Assembly: GCA_964650405.1 (NCBI GenBank)
Contig: CAZYTO010000002.1
Span: 5,164 to 69,163 of the forward strand
Direction of reading: 5' to 3'
DNA length: 64,000 nt
Origin: an uncultured Thermoanaerobaculia bacterium
Lineage (GTDB): Bacteria; Acidobacteriota; Thermoanaerobaculia; Gp7-AA8
Shown: piece by piece, positions 35,863 through 43,622 of the stretch
How positions within the stretch are numbered: the first letter of the stretch is position 1
Layout: every line of letters starts with the position of its first letter
Position numbers and translations under genes: made by a program
The notes under the pieces: generated by a model
The model's input: only the letters and a program-made list of their open reading frames with translations
What the model was told of the DNA's origin: nothing
Databases searched by the model: none

Positions 35863-36674
35863 CCCCTCGTCCCCGGCACCCGCCCATCCTGTCCCAGCGC
35901 TTCCTTCAGCTCGCCGGCGTTGACGATGGCCTGGCCGCGAAAGTGATTGTTCGTGATGACGTAGGTGTCTTTCTCGGTGACCATCCTGCCGATGCGGTCG
36001 ACCCAGGGCGCAAGCTCTTCCTTCGAGTAGAGATAGTTGTAGCGCTCCCACGATTCCTCGTGCGCGAACCACTTCTCGTAGTTGCGGCCGTGCAGGCGCA
36101 CGTAGGCGAGGCCGCCGGTGGTCGTGTCCGACGGTTTGACCGAGTCATGGAACAGCGGCTGGTCGACGTTCACCCAGGCCACGCCGCGCTCGTCGAGGAA
36201 GCGGAAGAACGCGTCGTTCTGGAACGTCGCGTGGCGCACTTCGAGTGCCAGCGGATATCCGTCGAAGGCCCGGAAGAGGCGGTCGAGCTTCTCGTGCGAC
36301 GCTTCCGAGCCTTTGAAGCTCCAGGGGTACTGCAGCAGCACGGCGCCGAGGCGTCCTGCCTCCATCATCGGGTCGAGATAGGCCCGGAAGGCCTTCACGT
36401 CCGCTTCCGGCAGAGCGGTGTCCTCGTGCGTGAATCCGCGGAAGACCTTCGTCGTGAACCTGAAGTTCCGGTTGGAGGCCACGCGCCGCACCCAGCTCTT
36501 CGCGTGCGTGGGCGGCGGGATCCGGTAGAAGGGAGAGTTGATCTCGATGGTGTCGAAAAACGAGGCCAGGTAGGCCAGCGGATCGAACTTCGAGCCGTGC
36601 GGCGGATAGACGGTTCCCTCCCAGTCCTTGTAGCTCCAGCCGGCGGGTCCGATGCGGAGTTGAGGAGGCGCCAT
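35853..36674 (-). CDS. DUF72-family protein
   Basis: LRIGPAGWSYKDWEGTVYP N-terminus typical of DUF72; internal ATG 36674. Confidence 0.8.
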   Translation of the reverse strand: MAPPQLRIGPAGWSYKDWEGTVYPPHGSKFDPLAYLASFFDTIEINSPFYRIPPPTHAKSWVRRVASNRNFRFTTKVFRGFTHEDTALPEADVKAFRAYLDPMMEAGRLGAVLLQYPWSFKGSEASHEKLDRLFRAFDGYPLALEVRHATFQNDAFFRFLDERGVAWVNVDQPLFHDSVKPSDTTTGGLAYVRLHGRNYEKWFAHEESWERYNYLYSKEELAPWVDRIGRMVTEKDTYVITNNHFRGQAIVNAGELKEALGQDGRVPGTRGSG

Positions 36675-36702
36675 CGAGAACGTCAACACCTTGACATTTT
36701 TA

Positions 36703-36719
36703 TTTGCAACTGTTGCAAA
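36703..36719. promoter_or_regulatory. 17-bp perfect palindrome next to a TTGACA hexamer in a divergent promoter region
   Basis: TTTGCAAC T GTTGCAAA at 36703-36719; TTGACA at 36691-36696; AT-rich context. Confidence 0.3.
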
Positions 36720-36953
36720 GTTTGCGGCCGTTTGGCCATCTATGCTAAAAGCTGAGCCTACGGATACAAGCGAATGACCTCCATCGGACAGCGAGTGCGT
36801 TCCTGGGGATCTTTTTGTATTCGGCACCGGAAGGGGGTCGATCGGTCAGTCTCTTCGTGATACCAAATGCGGGGACGAGGTCGCGGCACCCCGCGCGTGC
36901 TCTGCGCTGCGGCATTACCGTTTCTCAGGAACTCAACAGGAGATCATAGGTTC

Positions 36954-37274
36954 ATGGATACATTCAACGACAAGACCCTCAACTGTGCTGATTGCGGAGG
37001 GGAATTCGTATTCAGCAAGAACGAACAGGCCTTTTACGCAGAGCGAGGTTTCACGAACGAGCCCAAGCGGTGCAAGAACTGCCGCGACAAGCGCAAGACC
37101 GCCCGGGACGGTAACGGCGGCGGCGGCCGGGAGCGGCAGATGGTGAGCGTGACGTGCGATAGCTGCGGAGTCGCGACCGAAGTTCCCTTCACGCCCGTCA
37201 GCGGTAAGCCGGTTTACTGCCGCGATTGCTACAACCAGCGCCGTTCCTCCTCGCGCCCGAACTCCTGGGCCTGA
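36954..37274 (+). CDS. CxxC-x17-CxxC zinc-ribbon protein
   Basis: Two CxxC...CxxC units (CADCG...CKNCR; CDSCG...CRDCY); AGGAG 12 nt upstream of ATG 36954. Confidence 0.65.
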   Translation: MDTFNDKTLNCADCGGEFVFSKNEQAFYAERGFTNEPKRCKNCRDKRKTARDGNGGGGRERQMVSVTCDSCGVATEVPFTPVSGKPVYCRDCYNQRRSSSRPNSWA

Positions 37275-37300
37275 GACGGTAACGACAAGAGACAAAACCG

Positions 37301-37335
37301 AACGGCGGCCGCACTCGGCCGCCGTTTTCCTTTTG
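37301..37335 (+). terminator. rho-independent terminator
   Basis: AACGGCGGCCG CACT CGGCCGCCGTT followed by TTCCTTTTG. Confidence 0.7.
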
Positions 37336-37423
37336 TGATGGATGTCGCCGGCTTGCGATCAAAAGGAATCGAGGATCTCCCTGCCGTACGTGCCAAGTTG
37401 GACATCCTGGGCACGACCACAGC

Positions 37424-37456
37424 TCCTCATGCCTCGTTACTCACGCCTCATGCTCG
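37424..37456. repeat. CTCATGCC-type repeat (inverted relative to 33001-33034)
   Basis: CTCCTCATGCCTCGTTACTCACGCCTCATGCTC. Confidence 0.55.
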
Positions 37457-37521
37457 CCGGTCTCGAGCCGTGATCGTCGCCGCTTGAATCCAAACCCTCC
37501 CGCCCGTAGAATCCGCGCGCC

Positions 37522-38472
37522 TTGGCGCGTCCACTCATCCCTCCAGTCCAGTCCATCCTCGATCTGATCGGCAACACGCCGATCCTCGAACTGGTCCGTC
37601 TCTCCCCGGCCGGGGGCGGCTCGATCTTCGCCAAGCTCGAGTTCCTCAACCCCGGGATGTCGGTCAAGGACCGCATCGGGACCGGCATGATCGAACGCGC
37701 CGCGCGGGCCGGGAAGTTGAAGCCGGGTGGGACGATCATCGAGCCGACAGCCGGCAACACCGGGATCGGCCTGGCCCTGGCCGGACCGCGCCTCGGGTAC
37801 AAAGTCATCCTCTGCGTCCCGGAGAACTTCTCCGAGGAGAAGCGCGAAGTGATGAAGGCACTCGGGGGAACGGTCGTGCTGACCCCGAAGGACGAGGGGA
37901 TGAAGGGCGCCATCGCGCGGGCGCACGAACTGGCCAACAGCATTCCGGATGCGTACGTGCCGCAGCAGTTCGCCAACCCTTACAACAGCGAAGCGCATTA
38001 CGAGACCACGGGCGCCGAAGTCTGGGAGCAGATGAAGGGGCGCGTGGACGGCTGGGTGGCCGGTGCCGGCACCGGCGGCACGTTCAGCGGCGTCGCAAAA
38101 TACCTCAAGGAGCGCAACCCGAAGTGCTGGTGCGTCGTAGTTGAGCCGCAGGGGTCGATCCTGAAGGGCGGCGAAGCGGGACCGCACGAGGTGGAAGGGA
38201 TCGGCGCCTCTTCGTTCATCCCGCCGGTACTCGACATGACGCTGGCCGACGACGTCATCCAGGTTTACGACGACCCCGCGTTTGCGATGGTGCGCCGGAT
38301 GGCGACGGAAGAAGGGGTCCTCGGTGCGTCGTCCGCAGGGGCGAACGTCCATGCCGCCATTCAAGTCGCGGAGAAGCTCGGCCCCGGCAAGCGCATCATC
38401 ACCGTCATTCCCGATGCCTCGGAACGTTACATGTCGAAGGGCATCTATACGAAGTGGGCGGTCGAGAAGTAA
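37522..38472 (+). CDS. PLP-dependent cysteine synthase / cystathionine beta-synthase-like enzyme
   Basis: GNTPILEL, LNPGMSVKDR (PLP lysine), TAGNTGIGLA motifs; TTG start as in the track. Confidence 0.9.
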   Translation: MARPLIPPVQSILDLIGNTPILELVRLSPAGGGSIFAKLEFLNPGMSVKDRIGTGMIERAARAGKLKPGGTIIEPTAGNTGIGLALAGPRLGYKVILCVPENFSEEKREVMKALGGTVVLTPKDEGMKGAIARAHELANSIPDAYVPQQFANPYNSEAHYETTGAEVWEQMKGRVDGWVAGAGTGGTFSGVAKYLKERNPKCWCVVVEPQGSILKGGEAGPHEVEGIGASSFIPPVLDMTLADDVIQVYDDPAFAMVRRMATEEGVLGASSAGANVHAAIQVAEKLGPGKRIITVIPDASERYMSKGIYTKWAVEK

Positions 38473-38494
38473 GAAGGCAGAAACATCGAGACGC

Positions 38495-38557
38495 GACACT
38501 CAGCACTCAGCACTCGGCACTCAGCACTCAGCACTCAGCACTCGGCACTCAGGACTC
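38495..38557. repeat. 9 tandem heptamers (RGCACTC) ending next to a start codon
   Basis: GACACTC AGCACTC AGCACTC GGCACTC AGCACTC AGCACTC AGCACTC GGCACTC AGGACTC, then TCAT ATG. Confidence 0.9.
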
Positions 38558-38561
38558 TCAT

Positions 38562-39701
38562 ATGGGCTTTGCCACGGATTGCATTCACGCCGGCCAGGAG
38601 CCGGAGCCGGTCACCGGCGCGGTCACCTACCCGATCTTTCAGACCTCGACCTACGTGCAGCCCCGCCTGGGCGAGCACAAAGGCTATGAGTACGCGCGAA
38701 CGAAGAACCCCACGCGGTCGGTGCTCGAGGCGAACCTGGCCGCGCTCGAGCGCGGCAAGCACGGCCACTGCTTCGCTTCGGGCATGTCCGCCATCGATGT
38801 CATCTTCCGGACGCTGAAGTCGGGCGACCACGTCGTGGCCGGCGAGAACATGTACGGCGGCTCCTACCGGCTCTTCAGCAAGGTCCTGGAGAAGTTCGGG
38901 CTGCAGTTCAGCTACGTCGACACGTCCCGTCTCGACGCCGTCCGAAAGGCCATCAAGCCGAACACGAAGGTTCTCTTCCTCGAGACGCCGACCAATCCGA
39001 TGATGACGCTGACGGACATCGCCGCGTGTGCCGAGCTCGCCCACGCCAAGGACATCCTGGTCGTCGTCGACAACACCTTTTGCTCGCCCTACCTCCAGCG
39101 GCCGCTCGAGCTGGGAGCCGACGTCGTCGTGCACTCGACGACGAAGTTCCTCAACGGCCACTCCGACTCGGTGGGCGGCGCGGTGATCTGCAACGACGAC
39201 GAGCTGGCGGCGCAGATCGGCTTCCTGCAAAACGCCGTCGGCGCCATCCTCTCGCCGATGGACTCGTGGCTCGTCCTGCGCGGCATCAAGACCCTGGCCG
39301 TGCGCATGAAACAGCACGAGGCGAACGGGATGGCCATGGCGAACTACCTCGCCCATCACTCCAAGGTGAAGAAGATCTACTACCCCGGCCTGGCCGACCA
39401 CCCGCAGCACGCGCTGGCGAAGCAGCAGATGTACGGCTTCGGTGCGCTCATCTCCTTCGAGATGGGCTCGTACGACAACGCCAAGAAGTTTCTCGACCGG
39501 GTACGCCTCTGCTCCCTCGGCGAATCGCTCGGCGGCGTGGAGACGCTCATCTCCCACCCCGAGACGATGACTCACGCCTCGGTTCCCGTCGAGGAGCGGA
39601 AGCGTCTCGGCATCACCCCGGGCCTCGTGCGCATCTCTGTCGGCGTGGAGGACATCGAGGACCTGATCGCGGATCTCGAGAATGCCTTCGACGGGGTGTG
39701 A
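38562..39701 (+). CDS. Cys/Met-metabolism PLP enzyme (cystathionine gamma-synthase/gamma-lyase family)
   Basis: FATDCIHAGQ, YARTKNPT, STTKFLNGHSD (PLP lysine) motifs; internal ATG 38562. Confidence 0.9.
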   Translation: MGFATDCIHAGQEPEPVTGAVTYPIFQTSTYVQPRLGEHKGYEYARTKNPTRSVLEANLAALERGKHGHCFASGMSAIDVIFRTLKSGDHVVAGENMYGGSYRLFSKVLEKFGLQFSYVDTSRLDAVRKAIKPNTKVLFLETPTNPMMTLTDIAACAELAHAKDILVVVDNTFCSPYLQRPLELGADVVVHSTTKFLNGHSDSVGGAVICNDDELAAQIGFLQNAVGAILSPMDSWLVLRGIKTLAVRMKQHEANGMAMANYLAHHSKVKKIYYPGLADHPQHALAKQQMYGFGALISFEMGSYDNAKKFLDRVRLCSLGESLGGVETLISHPETMTHASVPVEERKRLGITPGLVRISVGVEDIEDLIADLENAFDGV

Positions 39702-39736
39702 GGGGGAGAGGGAAGGGCGAAGGGCGAAGGGAAGCG
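39702..39736. repeat. purine-rich arm (GGGAAGGGCGAAGGGCG), left bracket of a two-gene cassette
   Basis: Its imperfect reverse complement lies at 40742-40784. Confidence 0.6.
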
Positions 39737-39956
39737 TGGCGTTTTCGCCAGACTGATGGCGCTCGACGTTTACCGATAAGCGACTTCGAAGCAGCCATTG
39801 GACGTTTTCACGCGGAGGCGCTGAGGTCGCGGAGGTTCGGTTTCCTTCTCCTCGTCTCTCCGCGACTCCGCGTGAGCGATTCTGAGCGGGAGCCTCTCAA
39901 GTTCGAGATCAAGAATCCGAGCCCTCCGGCAGCCGCTCTGCCCTAAACTCACGGGC

Positions 39957-40238
39957 GTGGATGTGTCCGACGCATTGCCCGGCGCCGATCTGATTCGGGA
40001 GGGTTTGCGTGACCTCGAGGCAGGAGTCGAGTCGATTCCCGCGCTTCTCGTTCTGGTCGGTGCGCCACGGCTGCGGAGCCTTGGATTCGACGTGCCTGAC
40101 GACACGCCGTACTTCCCCGAGGATCGGCTGTACGAGCGATTGGCCGCCGTTCACGGCGATGCGGCGCATTCGCAGTACAACGCACTGATCCGCAAGCTCG
40201 TCAGCTTCGAACGGGCGGCAGGATGCGTGAAGCCGTAA
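39957..40238 (+). CDS. hypothetical small protein, upstream partner of the DUF6036-like gene
   Basis: 93-aa ORF, GTG start, overlaps the next gene by 16 nt; no motif recognised. Confidence 0.4.
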   Translation: MDVSDALPGADLIREGLRDLEAGVESIPALLVLVGAPRLRSLGFDVPDDTPYFPEDRLYERLAAVHGDAAHSQYNALIRKLVSFERAAGCVKP

Positions 40239-40741
40239 CAGGACCGCGGCTGCACGAGCTCATGCGGGCCATGGCCGTGGAGGCGCGAGAGCCTGGCCGT
40301 ATCTACCTTACCGGCGGTGCCAGCGCCGTTCTCCGCGGCTGGCGGGACAGCACGGTGGACGTGGACCTCACCATCGTGCCGGAGAACGATCGCATCCTGC
40401 GGGCGATCCCCGACTTAAAGGAACGGCTTCACGTCAACGTGGAGCTCGCCTCGCCCGCTGATTTCGTTCCGCCACTTCCGGGATGGGAGGAGCGCAGTCC
40501 TTTCATCGCCCAGGAGCGTTCGATCGCCTTCCATCACTTCGATTTCTACACGCAGTGCCTCTCGAAGCTGGAGCGTGGACATCGCAAGGACCAGGCAGAC
40601 GTCGAAGCGATGGTTCGCGACGGTCTGGTCGATCCCGATCGCCTGCGCGAGCTCTTCACACAAATAGAGGAGTCGCTGTATCGGTACCCGGCAGTCGATG
40701 CCGCAGCGCTTCGCCGCATCGTCGAATCCTTCGAGGCCTGA
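40223..40741 (+). CDS. DUF6036/nucleotidyltransferase-like protein (tentative)
   Basis: 172 aa; IYLTGGASAVLRGWRDSTVDVDL resembles the minimal NTase fold G[GS]-x-D-x-D region. Confidence 0.45.
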   Translation: MREAVTGPRLHELMRAMAVEAREPGRIYLTGGASAVLRGWRDSTVDVDLTIVPENDRILRAIPDLKERLHVNVELASPADFVPPLPGWEERSPFIAQERSIAFHHFDFYTQCLSKLERGHRKDQADVEAMVRDGLVDPDRLRELFTQIEESLYRYPAVDAAALRRIVESFEA

Positions 40742-40784
40742 CTCTTTTCGCCCTCGCTCCGGCGCCCTACGCCCTTTCCCTCGC
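40742..40784. repeat. pyrimidine-rich arm, right bracket of the cassette
   Basis: CTCTTTTCGCCCTCGCTCCGGCGCCCTACGCCCTTTCCCTCGC. Confidence 0.6.
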
Positions 40785-40811
40785 GGGCTTCACCCTTAGA
40801 ATGCACCGCAC

Positions 40812-41468
40812 ATGCTCCCGGTGGCGCTGCTGTTCCTCGCCTACCTGATCGGGTCGATCCCGTTCAGCTTTCTCGTCGTGAAGCTCTTCGCGGGGGCGGA
40901 CATCCGCCAGCACGGGAGCCGGAACGTGGGGGCGACCAACGTGGCCCGCACGTTCGGCAAGCTGCCGGGCATCCTGGCCTTGCTGCTCGACATCGCCAAG
41001 GGCTATGGGGCGGTCCTGGCAGCGCAGTGGATCTTCACCATCCGCGAGTGGCCGTTCCAGGCCGGCTATCGCGCCATCTCGTTCCAGCAGCCGGCCTTCT
41101 GGATCGGACTGGCGGCGCTCGTGGCCATCATCGGGCACATGTTTCCCGTCTGGTTGCGCTTCCACGGCGGGAAGGGCGTGGCCACGGCCACCGGCGCGTT
41201 CCTGGCCATGAAGCCGCTGGTCGTGGCCGGTGGTGTGCTGGTTTTCATTCTCGTCCTCCTGACCACCCGCTTCGTCTCGCTTTCGTCGATGCTGAGCGCG
41301 GCGTCCATCCCGCTCTTCTTCCGCTACTTCGCGCATGCCCCGTTCTGGACGGATGTCTGCAGCATCGCCATCGCCATCCTGGTCATCGCCAAGCATCACT
41401 CGAACATCGCGCGGCTGGCCCAGGGAACCGAGCGGCGAATGGGAGAACGGAAGGAAGACTCCCGATGA
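40812..41468 (+). CDS. plsY: glycerol-3-phosphate acyltransferase PlsY
   Basis: YLIGSIPFSFLV, GSRNVGATNV, HMFPVWLRFHGGKGVAT motifs. Confidence 0.9.
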   Translation: MLPVALLFLAYLIGSIPFSFLVVKLFAGADIRQHGSRNVGATNVARTFGKLPGILALLLDIAKGYGAVLAAQWIFTIREWPFQAGYRAISFQQPAFWIGLAALVAIIGHMFPVWLRFHGGKGVATATGAFLAMKPLVVAGGVLVFILVLLTTRFVSLSSMLSAASIPLFFRYFAHAPFWTDVCSIAIAILVIAKHHSNIARLAQGTERRMGERKEDSR

Positions 41469-42466
41469 GAATCTCCGTGATCGGTGCCGGCTCGTTCGGC
41501 ACGGCGATGGCGGTCATCAGTGCGCGCTCCGGCAACGACGTCCTGCTGTGGGCACATGACCCGAAGGTGGCCGAGACCCTGGCCCGCGAGCGGCGCAACG
41601 CCGTCTACCTTCCGAACGTCGAGCTGGACCCGGCCATCCGGGTCACCAACTCGCTGGCCGAGGCGGCGGCGTTCGGCGAGACGTTCTTCATGGTGGTGCC
41701 AAGCCATCACTACCGGCGCGTGCTCGGCGAGCTCGCACAGCACACTGCCTCTCCGGTCGACGTCGTCAGCGGCACGAAAGGCATCGAGAACGACACGTTG
41801 CAGCGGATGTCCGAGGTCTCGGCGGCGGTGCTCGGCGACAAGCTGGGAGCGTTCAGCGTCCTTTCCGGCCCGACGTTCGCCCTCGAGACCGCTCGCGGCG
41901 ATCCGACGGTGGCCGTCGTCGCCTCCTCGGACGCCGCCTTTGCCGAGAGAGTGCAGACCGCGCTGTCACACGCCTCGTTCCGGCTCTACCGCTCGAGCGA
42001 CGTCGTCGGCGTCGAGCTGGCCGGCTCGCTGAAGAACGTCATCGCCATCGCCGCCGGCGTGCTGGAAGGGCTTGGGCTCGGGTTCAATACGAACGCGGCC
42101 CTAGTCACGCGCGGCCTCCACGAGATCACCCGCCTCGGGGTGGTGCTCGGCGGCAAGCCGGAGACCTTTGCCGGACTGGCGGGCATGGGCGATCTCGTCC
42201 TCACCTGCACCGGGTCGCTCTCGCGCAACCGCAGCGTGGGCGTGGCCCTCGGCAAGGGAAAGAAGATCGCCGAGATCCTCAACGAGACGCGCCTCGTCGC
42301 GGAGGGGGTCAAGACCTCGAAGTCGGCTCGAGCGCTGGCGGAGAAGCACGGCATCGAAATGCCGATCACCGTGGAGATGACGCGGGTCTTGTACGAGGAG
42401 GAACTGGCCTACGCGGCCATTCAGCGCCTCATGACGCGCTCGCTGAAGGCGGAAGCGGCACGGTAG
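41465..42466 (+). CDS. gpsA: NAD(P)H-dependent glycerol-3-phosphate dehydrogenase
   Basis: MRISVIGAGSFGTAMA Rossmann N-terminus, LKNVIAIAAG, GDLVLTCTGSLSRNR; ATGA overlap with plsY. Confidence 0.92.
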   Translation: MRISVIGAGSFGTAMAVISARSGNDVLLWAHDPKVAETLARERRNAVYLPNVELDPAIRVTNSLAEAAAFGETFFMVVPSHHYRRVLGELAQHTASPVDVVSGTKGIENDTLQRMSEVSAAVLGDKLGAFSVLSGPTFALETARGDPTVAVVASSDAAFAERVQTALSHASFRLYRSSDVVGVELAGSLKNVIAIAAGVLEGLGLGFNTNAALVTRGLHEITRLGVVLGGKPETFAGLAGMGDLVLTCTGSLSRNRSVGVALGKGKKIAEILNETRLVAEGVKTSKSARALAEKHGIEMPITVEMTRVLYEEELAYAAIQRLMTRSLKAEAAR

Positions 42467-43619
42467 AAACATTTCGCGATTGGAGTCCGGCGATGACGGC
42501 CGGCACGCCGTAGCAGATGACGTAAGCCGCCGCCTTCGGTGCCCCGGCGTAGAGCAGATACGACGCCGGCGCGCAGACCGCCAGCCAGAGCCATCGCCGG
42601 TCGATGGCCAGGGGCACGGTCACCAGCCAGTACCAGGGGTGAACCGCCGGGGAGCAGAGCAGCAGGGCGCTGATCGACGCCACGGGATCGCGCCGCCATC
42701 GGGCGATGAGCAGGAGGGCGATACAGCCCAGCGCCGCCCGGGTGAGGAAGTCCGCGTAGAGGTGGAAGTAGACGAAGTGCGCGACCGGCTCGAGGTGCAG
42801 CGGGTCCTTGATGGCGGTGAAGACGTTCTTCAGGTGGGGGGCAAGGTCGAGCCGGTCGATGGCAAAGAAGAGTGCGTCATACGCCGGTGAGTTGAAGACC
42901 CAGCGGGTCGCGTAGTCCCGCATCCCCGGCATCAGGGGGCCGGTCATGAGAAACGGAATGATCGGAAGGAGCAGTACGAGAGCGAACGCGCCGAGGAACT
43001 TCCAGCGTTTCCCAGACCAGAGGAGCAGAGCCGGGAAGGCTGCGACGGGGATGACCTTCATGCCCACGGCGGCGGCGAAGGCGGCACCGGAGCGACGTTG
43101 CCAGGCCAGGAGGAGCAGCAGCGCCGCGGCGACCTCCACGTGGCCGCTCCACGCTCCCTCGAAGAGCAGCGGGGGGAAGGTGGCCAGGGCGAACGCCTGC
43201 TCGCGGAGGAGCAACATCGTCGCGATCTCGCAGCCGAGGAGCAGCAGGCGCCACAGGGTCAGCCGGTGCACCACGGCGAATAGCAGCTCGGCATGCGGCG
43301 GATAGATGGTCGGGATCTCGGGATGGTTCACCCGCGGATCGTTCGGCAGCACCGTGTAGGGATTGACACCGGACGCGAGCGTGCGGCCGTCGAAGAGATA
43401 GCGCCAGACGTCGCCGGATAGTTGCGGTGCGGCGAAGAGGAACACCAGGCGCAGCGCGACGCCGGCCGCGAGGGCGACGTGCAGCGGCACGTGGGCGCGG
43501 CGTAACACGAGCCAGAGCAGCACCGTCGCCGCGTAGGCCGCGACGAAGGCCACGAAGCCGAAGCGAGCAGTAAGCCACGGCACGGCAGCCGCCGTGGCCG
43601 CGAGTACAATCAGCGCCAC
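42429..43619 (-). CDS. GT-C-fold polytopic membrane glycosyl/mannosyltransferase-like protein (DUF2029/GT87-like); start uncertain
   Basis: About 10 TM helices, loop motif SGDVWRYLFDGRTLASGVNPY; GTG 43619 chosen; the upstream 229 codons of the track ORF are antisense to the GT2 gene. Confidence 0.55.
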   Translation of the reverse strand: MALIVLAATAAAVPWLTARFGFVAFVAAYAATVLLWLVLRRAHVPLHVALAAGVALRLVFLFAAPQLSGDVWRYLFDGRTLASGVNPYTVLPNDPRVNHPEIPTIYPPHAELLFAVVHRLTLWRLLLLGCEIATMLLLREQAFALATFPPLLFEGAWSGHVEVAAALLLLLAWQRRSGAAFAAAVGMKVIPVAAFPALLLWSGKRWKFLGAFALVLLLPIIPFLMTGPLMPGMRDYATRWVFNSPAYDALFFAIDRLDLAPHLKNVFTAIKDPLHLEPVAHFVYFHLYADFLTRAALGCIALLLIARWRRDPVASISALLLCSPAVHPWYWLVTVPLAIDRRWLWLAVCAPASYLLYAGAPKAAAYVICYGVPAVIAGLQSRNVSTVPLPPSASAS

Positions 43620-43622
43620 TCC

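Noticed and set aside
38454-38561. Track start of the gamma-synthase ORF, which would translate the heptamer array (TQHSALSTQHSAL...)
   Set aside because: It is a repeat-derived low-complexity peptide. The conserved enzyme N-terminus begins at MGFATDCIHAG (ATG 38562), with an AGGA upstream.
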